Source: Fibrobacterales bacterium
GTDB taxonomy: Bacteria; Fibrobacterota; Fibrobacteria; Fibrobacterales; JAOPTW01
Direction: 5' to 3'
Assembly: GCA_051532035.1 (NCBI GenBank)
Contig: JAOPTW010000003.1
Coordinates: 1 to 19,576 of the forward strand
DNA length: 19,576 bases
The position numbers were made by a program, and so were the translations under genes. The first letter of the stretch is position 1, and every line of letters begins with the position of its first letter. Under the pieces are notes generated by a model. That model had not been told where the DNA came from. It did not search any database and saw only the letters and a program-made list of their open reading frames with translations. Positions 1 to 9,239 of the stretch are shown piece by piece.

Positions 1-2
1 TC

Positions 3-1208
3 AAAAACATAGATAAGAATGCGCCATCTATCATACGATCTCAGTTAGAAAGTGAAAAGTCATATGCACTAAAAGGTAAATCTCGTGGACTCCTCCTCCC
101 AACAATCAAGGCAGAGGGTGAATTTGAATATACCCAACAATCTATTGGGAATCCAACAGTTGAATCTCAGAATTATTATGGTCGTTTAATTATACGACAA
201 GAGTTGATAAATCTATCTCGTTTTTTTGATTTTAGAGCTGCAAGTGTAGGGGCTGAAAAAAGTACACTTAAAGTGCGGCAACAGAAGTATGATGCGCTTC
301 TCCTCTATTGCTATAAATGGGCTGACCTGTGGAAGGCTCAGGAACGATACAAAACAGGACGTGAGAATGAAATACTCCGAAAAGGGAATTTAGAGTCTGC
401 ACGGCAACGCTATAGTGGGGGAGATCTAACAAAAAGTGATGTGAGCCAAATTGAGCTCGAATATATTGATGCACAAAGCACAACACTTGGGGCTTATGAA
501 GCATTGAACAGTAGCCGAGATAAATTATTTATTGACTTTGGTGTTGTGGTTGATACGAATGAAATAATAGACTTGCCAGATGTTGTACTTACCAATGAGT
601 CTATTCAGAGCACAACTCAATTGACTATTGCTGAGCTCTCAAAATATGAGGCAGCCCAGAGTGAGTACGCGGCTCTGAGTAAACACTTTCCCGTACTTTC
701 TGTCTATGCGAGCTATGAACGAGCATGGACTGAAAATGAGCCACTGAAAAAAAGACCCTATGATGATGCCGTTGTCGGAGCAGTGGTATCTATTCCACTA
801 TTTAGTAGTGGTACAGAATACTATGGAAATGTTGAACGAACTGCAGATAGAAAAATTGAAGAAGTCAACTATACCCAGTTGAAAAGGGAATATGAACGAT
901 CTAAAGTGCAAAATCTATTCGATATTAATCAAAATATTACACGATTAGCGACGGCGAAGAAGCGGTATGCTATTGCACAACAAAACTATACCTGGATCGT
1001 TGAGGAATATCAATCGGGCAATCGATCTACAGTAGAGGTAACCATCGCACAGGCTGCAATATTACGCGCTGCACAAGAACTGATTTTTTATGTACACCGC
1101 TCTTTTTTAGGAAAGATAGAACAGCTTTATTTGAATGACCTCCTCACTGTTGAATATTTAGATGCGCATTTACAAGCACCACAAACCTTGAGTGTAGATG
1201 GCCATTAA
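3..1208 (+). CDS. TolC-family outer membrane efflux protein (5'-truncated; frame open from window start)
   Basis: The frame is stop-free from position 3 (KNIDKNAPSIIRSQ...GLLLPTIKAEG...). It has two OEP-like repeats (RYSGGDLTKSDVSQIE; EYQSGNRSTVEVTIAQ) and LPxL/VSIPLFSSG beta-strand motifs. It sits first in an ABC/ABC/HlyD operon. Confidence 0.85.
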   Translation, partial: KNIDKNAPSIIRSQLESEKSYALKGKSRGLLLPTIKAEGEFEYTQQSIGNPTVESQNYYGRLIIRQELINLSRFFDFRAASVGAEKSTLKVRQQKYDALLLYCYKWADLWKAQERYKTGRENEILRKGNLESARQRYSGGDLTKSDVSQIELEYIDAQSTTLGAYEALNSSRDKLFIDFGVVVDTNEIIDLPDVVLTNESIQSTTQLTIAELSKYEAAQSEYAALSKHFPVLSVYASYERAWTENEPLKKRPYDDAVVGAVVSIPLFSSGTEYYGNVERTADRKIEEVNYTQLKREYERSKVQNLFDINQNITRLATAKKRYAIAQQNYTWIVEEYQSGNRSTVEVTIAQAAILRAAQELIFYVHRSFLGKIEQLYLNDLLTVEYLDAHLQAPQTLSVDGH

Positions 1209-4200
1209 TTCTGTAGAACATTCGATGTTCAAGCTTCTTAAGCTGCTCCCTTACTTTCGTAAGGAGTCAAAATATATGGTTGGCGTTTCCATTGGCATCA
1301 ATATATTGATGCTTGCAATGCCCATAGCGTTGATGCAGGTGTACGATCGTATTATTCCAAACAATTCAATGAGTACCTTGTGGTGGCTTATGATTGGGGT
1401 GGTAACGGCTGTTGTGATCGAGGCGGTAATGCGTGTTGTACGAAATATGATTGGTAACTGGTTGTCGGCGGGGTATGAACATGAACTCAGTACACGGGCG
1501 GTGAATTCACTCGTGGATATGTCTCATGAAGAGTTTGATGAGGTGGGCCCTGGAGTGCACCTCGAACGGTTAAATTCTGTTAAAGTTTTACGCTCCTACT
1601 TCTCGGGTCAACTCTTTCAGGTTCTCGTTGATCTTCCTTTTATTTTCTTTTTTATCGGTATCCAAATAATGTTGGGAGGGCTTCTTGTTCTCTATACATT
1701 GTTGTTAGTTGGACTTTTCTTAGGGCTGGTTTTTTATGCTGCTCGTAAATACGAGATGTACATTAAACTCTATAAGGATATTAATAACAGACACTTCAAC
1801 TATATTGTAGAGACTATAGGGGGAGTGCATGCTGTAAAATCTATGTCGATGGAAGAGCAGATGTTGCGGCGCTATGAAAGTATTCAAGAGAGTTTAACGG
1901 CAATTGAATTAAAAAAGAATTTTTGGAGTAATTTGCCAAAAAATGTCTCACCTGTTTTGTCGAATATGAATTTGCTGGGGGTTATTTCTTTTGGTGCAGT
2001 TATGGTACTTAAGGGTGAGCTCACTCTTGGGGTGATGACTGCTTGTACTATGGTTGCTACGAGGATTCTTCAGCCAGTAGTACAAGTTGCCTACTTTTGG
2101 ATGAAGAAATCAGAAGCAGAGATAGCGTATGAACAGTATTTACAGCTCTTCCCGAAAGATGAATTTGAAGTTGATGAAAAGATTCCCATAGTAAATGATA
2201 TTGAGGGTAAAATTACTATTCAAGGTCTTTCATTATTTAAAAATAATCCAGACTATACGTATAGTGGAGAGATAGAAGCCGGCGAGTGTGTCTGTATTAT
2301 TGGACGTAACTCGGGGCCAACAACGCAGTTTGTTAAATCACTCTGTGGTATTTTAGAAGTTGGTAAAAATACGGTAGTCGTAGACGAATATGACCTCTCG
2401 TACTGGCGGCATAGACACTTTAATGGGCGTATTGAGTATTTGAGTCGAAACGGTAAAATATTTAGAGGAACTATTCTGGATAATATTACCATGTTTTGTC
2501 CCGAAAATTATCTCATTGCACAAGATACCGCTGCACTGGTTGAGCTTGATCAGATGGTTGCGGACCTTCCACTCGGCTACGAAACACCGGTAGATCCGGC
2601 CTCCAATTTAACCTTACCTCATGGCCTTATTCAGCGGATATGTATAGCGCGTGCTCTTGTGGTTCGGCCACGGATTCTTGTAGTTGATCGCACTATTCAA
2701 GCACTCGACTCTGGTTCGGGTAGAATTCTTATAGATGTGATTAAAAAACTGCAGGGATCATGTACAGTGATTGTCGCATCTGAAATGGTCCCCGCTGGAT
2801 TGCACCCCTCTAAGGTGTTTTGTTGTACCAGTGACTCTCTGATTGAATATACATGTGATGCAGGTGAGTTTACCGACGGAACGAGTCAAGGTAAAGTACG
2901 ACAGAAACTTTCTCGAGAGGAACTGCTCAGTGGTGATGCATGGATTCGTTGGATGATGCAGACTGCCACGCGATTTGAAGACATAGAACCAATCCTTCAG
3001 GAGACATCCATTGAACTTATCGATCATGATCACCGTAAAATAGCAGAGTATGCTATTGAGATGAATCTTCTTGTCGGGGAGATTTCTACTACTGTAAATA
3101 AAGGGCTTATTGAAAAACAGAAAATGCTTCTTGAAAACTTTTATGAATTTACACGGGGTCACTTTACGCGTGAAGAGGAGTTTATCGAACGTATGAATCT
3201 CGATGGACTCGACAAACAGAAGAAAGAGCATAGGGAGATACTCACCACCTTTAGTGAGATTATTGAAGACTTCCGTCAGGGGCGTTCAAAAATTACGCAC
3301 TCCTTAAAACTCTCACTTATGGATTGGGTTATCTCTCATATTAATAACCTCGATTACGAGACATTTCGATTACATACTATTATTCCATTTATTCGAAAGT
3401 TAAAGACCTGGGAAGAGATGTCGTATTTTATCTATTCGACAGGGATTCCCTTTGTCGATACTGATCATGAACGGCTGACTCGATCACTCATTGAGCTCGC
3501 ATGTACCATCGGCCCAGAAATGAGACAAAAGGCAAATGCTGAAATTGAGAATCAGTTCGATCAGTTGTATACGTTGGCTCAAGAAATTCTAGGTCGTGAA
3601 GAATCATTTCTCAATACCTATTCGATTGATGTGAATGGTATACATAGAAAGAAACATGAAGATTTCTTATTGCTTATACAGGAGTGTAAAGAGGGGTACC
3701 AAGATGGTGAACTTAATAGAGAAGGGGTCTATGCACTGCTCCTTGGAGAGTGGATAGATCATAGTAATGGAAGGGATATGGTAGATTTTTCTATACCACA
3801 TCTGCTTCCCATTGTTCTTTCGGGTGCTTCAAAAGAGAGCGACCTCACGTGGATGCTGAGAAAAACAGGTATTGCAGAGATCGATACTCAGCACCTTGAT
3901 GTGATCACTGCCGTGATGAAGACTACCACATTGAATAGCAGTACAATGGATCCTGATAGCCTAGATACAACTCTCAGCGAAATTCTGACCTTGGTGAAAA
4001 AACACTTTAGTTATGAAGAGAAGTACATGGAATCTATTGGTGAAAGTAGTTTGAAATCACATAAAGAAGAACATCGACATATACTGAGCAGTGTTGAAGA
4101 GTATCTCGATAACGTACGAAAAGATCGTATCAAATTTTCCGATCGCTTTAGATTACGACTCCTTGATTGGTGGGTTAATCATACCAATGGTACCGACTAC

Positions 4201-4236
4201 CAGACTTTTATTCTTAACCGAGTTGAGGGGGAGTAA
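1198..4236 (+). CDS. T1SS-type ABC exporter (TM domain + degenerate NBD) fused to three C-terminal bacteriohemerythrin domains
   Basis: The N-terminus LMLAMPIALMQVYDRIIP is typical of HlyB/PrtD/LapB TM domains. NBD remnants include IFRGTILDNI, LPLGYET and QRICIARAL. The C-terminal ~400 aa contain three hemerythrin repeats (T(G/S)IxxID/VDxxH ... HFxxEE ... HxxxH ... W..HxxxxD). Alternative start at 1225. Confidence 0.9.
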   Translation: MAINSVEHSMFKLLKLLPYFRKESKYMVGVSIGINILMLAMPIALMQVYDRIIPNNSMSTLWWLMIGVVTAVVIEAVMRVVRNMIGNWLSAGYEHELSTRAVNSLVDMSHEEFDEVGPGVHLERLNSVKVLRSYFSGQLFQVLVDLPFIFFFIGIQIMLGGLLVLYTLLLVGLFLGLVFYAARKYEMYIKLYKDINNRHFNYIVETIGGVHAVKSMSMEEQMLRRYESIQESLTAIELKKNFWSNLPKNVSPVLSNMNLLGVISFGAVMVLKGELTLGVMTACTMVATRILQPVVQVAYFWMKKSEAEIAYEQYLQLFPKDEFEVDEKIPIVNDIEGKITIQGLSLFKNNPDYTYSGEIEAGECVCIIGRNSGPTTQFVKSLCGILEVGKNTVVVDEYDLSYWRHRHFNGRIEYLSRNGKIFRGTILDNITMFCPENYLIAQDTAALVELDQMVADLPLGYETPVDPASNLTLPHGLIQRICIARALVVRPRILVVDRTIQALDSGSGRILIDVIKKLQGSCTVIVASEMVPAGLHPSKVFCCTSDSLIEYTCDAGEFTDGTSQGKVRQKLSREELLSGDAWIRWMMQTATRFEDIEPILQETSIELIDHDHRKIAEYAIEMNLLVGEISTTVNKGLIEKQKMLLENFYEFTRGHFTREEEFIERMNLDGLDKQKKEHREILTTFSEIIEDFRQGRSKITHSLKLSLMDWVISHINNLDYETFRLHTIIPFIRKLKTWEEMSYFIYSTGIPFVDTDHERLTRSLIELACTIGPEMRQKANAEIENQFDQLYTLAQEILGREESFLNTYSIDVNGIHRKKHEDFLLLIQECKEGYQDGELNREGVYALLLGEWIDHSNGRDMVDFSIPHLLPIVLSGASKESDLTWMLRKTGIAEIDTQHLDVITAVMKTTTLNSSTMDPDSLDTTLSEILTLVKKHFSYEEKYMESIGESSLKSHKEEHRHILSSVEEYLDNVRKDRIKFSDRFRLRLLDWWVNHTNGTDYQTFILNRVEGE

Positions 4237-6311
4237 TGAAGGGGTTCGAACAGGATATACTGGTAAATGAGTCTGCACTATCACAGTGCCTTTTGCCATT
4301 TTTGGATGCGCTTGGGTGGGTAGGTAAAGAGAAAACCATACTCGAAGCGCGTCCACATCTCGTCTCTGACTTTGATGTGATTGGATTCTTGAATACTATG
4401 GCGAACTTAGGGTATGAGACCCATGTGCTCAAACGACAACTCGATAACTTGAGTGATCAACTTTTTCCTCTTATTCACATAGAGTCAAAAGGAAAGCCAC
4501 GGGTAATTCTCAGACGTGAAAATAATGGGATCTTGGTGTATGATGGAGAAGAAGAGAGTTACGAAGTTGTACCTTACATTGATGGTGGCCTCTTTTTACT
4601 CGTACATAAGACGAGTGGGTTACATCGTAAAGTATTTGAACCACAAAAGAATTGGTTTTATCATGTGGGGATGCGCTTTAAGAGTATCGGGTTTGTCGTA
4701 CTCTTTTTATCCTTTCTCTTAGTACTTCTTGCCTTCTGTATACCCATTATCGTAATGGGGGTTTATGATGTCCTTCTCACGGGTGATTCGGTAGACAGCC
4801 CTATTCTCTTGGGAGTTGGAATTGCGATATTTATTTTGTCAGAGGCGGCTATCAGACTTCTTCGATATTTTATCATGAACTATGCAGGGTCTCGGCTGGG
4901 TAATATTGTCAATAATCAAGTAATGAGGCGAATCTTATATTTACCACCATCCTACACCGAAACCTCATCGGTAGGGTCTCAGGTGTCACGCATTCGTGAC
5001 TTTGGTACGGTTAAAGAGTTTATCGAAGGGAACGGAAGTATAGCAATTATCGAGGCACCATTTTATATGCTGCTTATTGTTGCTCTTGTCTTGCTTGCCG
5101 GTAATCTTGCCTATATACCAGCAATTATAGCGTGTCTTTTTATTTTAATTGGGGTGGTTCTCTCGCCGTTTGTAAAGCAGATTAATGAAGAGTCATCTTC
5201 AAATTCAATAGCAAAACAAGAGTATACTATTGACTTGATAAATAATTTTCACGATATAAAACAAGTGGGGGAACATGGACTTTGGAAAAAGCGGTTTCGC
5301 GATTTTTCAGCAGAGGCCTCTTTCTCAAATTATAAAACTGCCCAAATTAATGGGATTATCACCAATCTCTCTCAAATGCTTATAACTATAGCGGGAGCGT
5401 TAACTGTTGGGTTTGGGGCCTATAAAGTTATGAATAATACTCTCACACCAGGTGCGCTTGTGGCGGCACTTATTATCGTTTGGCGTATATTGGGCCCCGT
5501 AAAGGCTGCCTTTTCTGTGGGTACTCAGTCTACTCGATTGCGCAGAAGTATCACTCAGTTAAATCGATTGATGTCCATTAAGATCGAAAAGAATGTACAG
5601 CAAGAGGCGGTGCTCTCACGTTCACTCCGCGGGTCTATTTTTTTTAATAATGTTTCGTTTCGCTATAATAACGAGGCACACCCAGCGTTACTTGGGGTGA
5701 ACCTTGCTATTAAAAAGGGTGAATGTATGGCGTTTACGGGGCATGATGGGTCAGGTAAAAGTTCTATATTTAAGTTGATACTGGGTATGTATAAACCACA
5801 ATCGGGCCGCGTACTCATTGACTCTTTTAATGTACAACAATTAGATCCGATACAGGTGCGTCACTCAATTGGGTACTCTCCAAAAAATGATACCATGTTC
5901 TATGGTACTATTGAACAAAATCTTAAATTGGTTACTCCCGAAGCAACAGAAGATGATATGATTGAAGCGGCAAAGCTGTCTGGGTTGTGGAGCGCTATGG
6001 AACAGGATACTATTACTTTTGGTACCCGTGTTGGTGATAACCTTTCTCATGGCGTACGGCCTTCTTATAATAAACTCATAAACTTAACACGCATGTTTCT
6101 CAAGAAGAGCCCTATATTGCTCCTTGATGAACCTGAACAGCTTCTCCAAAATGATGAAGTAGAATTTTTAGCACAAAATATTGCAAAACTCAGAGGAGTG
6201 AAAACAATTCTCCTTATTACCAAGAACCCCATTCTATTAAAGGTAGCTCAATCGGTTACGGAATTTGAACGGGGTCGAGTAGTGTCGAACAGTGTGAACA
6301 AACAGGAATAG
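4236..6311 (+). CDS. Peptidase-like (C39-like) domain-containing T1SS ABC exporter
   Basis: An N-terminal ~140-aa soluble domain precedes an ABC TM domain (PIIVMGVYDVLL). Walker A is GHDGSGKS and Walker B is ILLLDEP. It is translationally coupled to the upstream gene (TAATG overlap at 4234-4238). Confidence 0.88.
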   Translation: MKGFEQDILVNESALSQCLLPFLDALGWVGKEKTILEARPHLVSDFDVIGFLNTMANLGYETHVLKRQLDNLSDQLFPLIHIESKGKPRVILRRENNGILVYDGEEESYEVVPYIDGGLFLLVHKTSGLHRKVFEPQKNWFYHVGMRFKSIGFVVLFLSFLLVLLAFCIPIIVMGVYDVLLTGDSVDSPILLGVGIAIFILSEAAIRLLRYFIMNYAGSRLGNIVNNQVMRRILYLPPSYTETSSVGSQVSRIRDFGTVKEFIEGNGSIAIIEAPFYMLLIVALVLLAGNLAYIPAIIACLFILIGVVLSPFVKQINEESSSNSIAKQEYTIDLINNFHDIKQVGEHGLWKKRFRDFSAEASFSNYKTAQINGIITNLSQMLITIAGALTVGFGAYKVMNNTLTPGALVAALIIVWRILGPVKAAFSVGTQSTRLRRSITQLNRLMSIKIEKNVQQEAVLSRSLRGSIFFNNVSFRYNNEAHPALLGVNLAIKKGECMAFTGHDGSGKSSIFKLILGMYKPQSGRVLIDSFNVQQLDPIQVRHSIGYSPKNDTMFYGTIEQNLKLVTPEATEDDMIEAAKLSGLWSAMEQDTITFGTRVGDNLSHGVRPSYNKLINLTRMFLKKSPILLLDEPEQLLQNDEVEFLAQNIAKLRGVKTILLITKNPILLKVAQSVTEFERGRVVSNSVNKQE

Positions 6312-6315
6312 TGTG

Positions 6316-7662
6316 ATGAATAATAATCAAAAACTCAATGAAGAGATTGCACGCATTAGAACAGAGAGTAAATTCCTTGCTCGGTCGGTACTTCTTGAAG
6401 AGACCGGAAGTAAACGGTATGTACATATTACTATTTTGGTCTGTAGTTTGTTACTTGTATCGTTTTTAGTGTGGTCGGCCGTAATGAAGATTGATGAGGT
6501 TGCTATAGCAGAAGGGTCTATAGTACCCAAAGGTGAACTCATTAAAATTCAACATCTATTGGGTGGTAAAGTTTCACGGATACTGGTACATGAGGGGGAG
6601 TATGTTGAAAAAGATGCTATTGTTATAGAAATTGATCCAGAGAATTCACAACTACTCCTTGGTGAATTAAATGTTGAGTATCAAGAGTTGAAAGCCGCTG
6701 CTCTATGGCTTCGGGCACTTATTGATGAGACTAAACCAGTCTTTACCCTTGGGGCGGGTGAGTATAGTGAGATTTATAAAGACCAAATGGAACTCTATAT
6801 TCGAAATAAAGCTCAAGATAAGTCTGGAGAAAATATTATAGTGCAACAGATTGAACAAGTGAAACTCGAAATAGCGGAATTGAGAAAGAAACAGATAAAG
6901 CTTAAAAAAGATGTGGGCCTTCTTACTAAAGAACATAGACTTCGGAAGAAATTAGTTTCGAAAGGGTTGAATTCAAAATTGAGTATCATAACTCTTGAAC
7001 GTGATCTCAATGACGCTCAAGGTGAGTTAGCAGAGTCGAGACCAAAATTAAAGCGACTCCGTGTACGGCTCAAAGAGTTGCGCACACGGCGTATAGAGTA
7101 TTCGGGGCTTCGGAAAAAAAAATATGCCGAAGAGTTGACCAAAACAAAAAGCGCACTTTTGATGCTGCAACAAAAACAAGTGTACCTGAGTAGTAACCTT
7201 GATTACTTAACGATTCGATCTACCGCTAGTGGGTATGTTCACGGGCTTCAGGTAAATGCAGCGGGTGAGGTGGTTAACCCTGGTGAGACACTGTTTCAGA
7301 TAGTGCCGGCTGATAGGGTGTTGGAGGCGCATCTCAAAATTGCGGCAGCTGATATTGGACACCTTAAAACAGGGCAGTCAGTACTCATTAAATTTAAAAC
7401 GTTTAATTATCGTCGCTATGGTGGGGTACATGGAGTGTTGTCAGAAATATCCAATTCAGCTTTTCTTGATGAAAATGGAAACTCTTTTTATAGAGGCGTT
7501 GCAAGCCTCAGTGATGAGGCAGATAAATTGTCATTACAAGATAAACAGATTATACCGGGGATGACCATAACCGCTGATATTAAAACCGGCACCAAAACGG
7601 TATTGGAATATCTACTGCGTCCTTTGTATAGCTCTACAGAGACTGCGTTCTCTGAGCGGTAA
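6316..7662 (+). CDS. HlyD-family type I secretion periplasmic adaptor subunit
   Basis: Single N-terminal TM, then IDEVAIAEGSIVP..IQHLLGGKV..ILVHEGEYV, a long coiled coil, FNYRRYGGVHG, PGMTITADIKTG..TVLEYLLRP and a C-terminal ER. GTG at 6313 is an alternative start. Confidence 0.95.
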   Translation: MNNNQKLNEEIARIRTESKFLARSVLLEETGSKRYVHITILVCSLLLVSFLVWSAVMKIDEVAIAEGSIVPKGELIKIQHLLGGKVSRILVHEGEYVEKDAIVIEIDPENSQLLLGELNVEYQELKAAALWLRALIDETKPVFTLGAGEYSEIYKDQMELYIRNKAQDKSGENIIVQQIEQVKLEIAELRKKQIKLKKDVGLLTKEHRLRKKLVSKGLNSKLSIITLERDLNDAQGELAESRPKLKRLRVRLKELRTRRIEYSGLRKKKYAEELTKTKSALLMLQQKQVYLSSNLDYLTIRSTASGYVHGLQVNAAGEVVNPGETLFQIVPADRVLEAHLKIAAADIGHLKTGQSVLIKFKTFNYRRYGGVHGVLSEISNSAFLDENGNSFYRGVASLSDEADKLSLQDKQIIPGMTITADIKTGTKTVLEYLLRPLYSSTETAFSER

Positions 7663-7668
7663 TCGTAG

Positions 7669-9231
7669 TTATGGTACTTTGATGAAAATTTCTTGATCTC
7701 TCCATTCGCCATCTTCACCATCAGTTATTGAATCAGGAGAATTAATGATACCCGTATGTCCATTGCCAGAAGCATCGTGGATTTTATTGACTTGTGTTGA
7801 ATCATAATCAAAATCGTAACTGAGTACGAGACCGGTCGTGTCTTCAATTTGTGGGGTTGTTTGGTAACGGCTTGCTGTAATCTGATCTGCGCTCCGAGCA
7901 GTATTCCAGATGCGAATATTATCCATCCCTCCTTGAAATGCACCATCAATATGTTCGGTGCTCTTACCAATATAGTTTACGGTACGAATGGTATCGAGGG
8001 GGACAGGGTTTATTCCCTCCACAACAGGTTGTTGGGGGGCACCATTGATGTAGAAGGTGACGATACCCGCTTGTGTTACTGTGACAGCAAAGTGGTTCCA
8101 TTGGTTGAACTCAAAAGCGTTATCGAGATATGCAATGGTCAAGTTGTTGTCGGTATTAGATACTGCATATTTGAGTTTGTTGTTATGGTTATCCCTTTCT
8201 GCTCCAAAAATAATCATATGCTTTCGACTTGAGCCATTTGAGAGGTGGATCATGTGGGTGGTTCCTTCAATCTTCTCCCATAATACCCATAGCTCCATGG
8301 TGATGCCCTTAGACCAGCTATAATCAATAGGCTGTTCAATGGTAACATTAGCTGGGTCGCTATGGATGTGAAAGGTCTTTGTCGAATCAGTTGATGCTTG
8401 ACTTGAAGAGCCAAGGTTTATTGTAGATGAAGAGCTCAGAGGGTCGATCTCAGAAGAAGAGAGAATGAGACTACTCGATGAGGGCAGTACTTCTGATGAC
8501 GACGCATTCACTATAACGGCCGTACTACTCGACGATGGGAGCACTTCGTGGAGCGTGTCAATAGGCGTTATCAAATCACTTTCAATGGACAGGGTCTCAC
8601 TGGAAATGATAGTCATACTATCAAGGGTGAGTTTGACGCTTTTAAGTGAGAATGGTTGTACCCAGTATACTGATGTATATACTCCCGGAGGTACATGAGA
8701 GAATGTTGCTCTAAAGGTCGCGCTATCAGTATTGTTGTTGGCGAGCTCACCTTGTGCAATAATGGTTGTGTTTTCAATATAGAGTTTGCCGAGCTCTGGT
8801 GAGCGACCGAGTGAGGTAACGGGGAGAGTAATGACTGCTGCTCCTGTGGCCTTCACGGTGTCGGTAAAGTCGAGCTGCGCATCTGTGGTATAGTCGATTG
8901 CTTTTTTATAGAGCCCTGTTGATGTTGTCTCATTAAGGGTTTGAAAGCTATAGGTACCTAATGTTATGTTGGTAAATTGGTAGCGTCCCATTGCATCGGT
9001 TACGGTTTGTTTTTTAGTAACGAGGCTACTATCGTGAATCGGGTTATATGATCTAGGGAGGATTACTACTGGTGCATAGGCTTCGGGTCCTCCTTCGGGA
9101 GTGTAGAGTGTTCCTGCGATGTATCCACCGGTTTCAATGTCAGACGCACCTGCGAGTTGAGTGTCTGAAGAACATCCTGTGAGTAGCCAAAAAAGTATGA
9201 GTGATAATAACGAGGTCATTTGCATATACAT
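7669..9231 (-). CDS. Lipoprotein with carboxypeptidase-regulatory-like beta domain, Ser-rich linker and C-terminal LamG/concanavalin-like domain
   Basis: The start is re-assigned to ATG 9231 (AGGAG RBS just upstream; avoids overlap with the upstream gene). Lipobox LLTG-C; TVTDAMGRYQF; LamG motifs ITMELWV, QWNHFAVT, FYING, FQGGMDNIRIWNTARS. Confidence 0.82.
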   Translation of the reverse strand: MYMQMTSLLSLILFWLLTGCSSDTQLAGASDIETGGYIAGTLYTPEGGPEAYAPVVILPRSYNPIHDSSLVTKKQTVTDAMGRYQFTNITLGTYSFQTLNETTSTGLYKKAIDYTTDAQLDFTDTVKATGAAVITLPVTSLGRSPELGKLYIENTTIIAQGELANNNTDSATFRATFSHVPPGVYTSVYWVQPFSLKSVKLTLDSMTIISSETLSIESDLITPIDTLHEVLPSSSSTAVIVNASSSEVLPSSSSLILSSSEIDPLSSSSTINLGSSSQASTDSTKTFHIHSDPANVTIEQPIDYSWSKGITMELWVLWEKIEGTTHMIHLSNGSSRKHMIIFGAERDNHNNKLKYAVSNTDNNLTIAYLDNAFEFNQWNHFAVTVTQAGIVTFYINGAPQQPVVEGINPVPLDTIRTVNYIGKSTEHIDGAFQGGMDNIRIWNTARSADQITASRYQTTPQIEDTTGLVLSYDFDYDSTQVNKIHDASGNGHTGIINSPDSITDGEDGEWRDQEIFIKVP

Positions 9232-9239
9232 ACGTACTC

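Noticed and set aside
204..206. TTG start for the TolC-family gene
   Set aside because: The frame is open to the window edge and encodes TolC-like sequence upstream, so the real start is outside the window.
4236..4660. Active C39 peptidase (bacteriocin exporter)
   Set aside because: No QxxxxDCG catalytic motif and no double-glycine precursor nearby, so it is treated as a C39-like accessory domain.
8470..8548. Duplicated EVLPSSSS coding segment in the LamG lipoprotein
   Set aside because: Ordinary low-complexity Ser-rich linker duplication.
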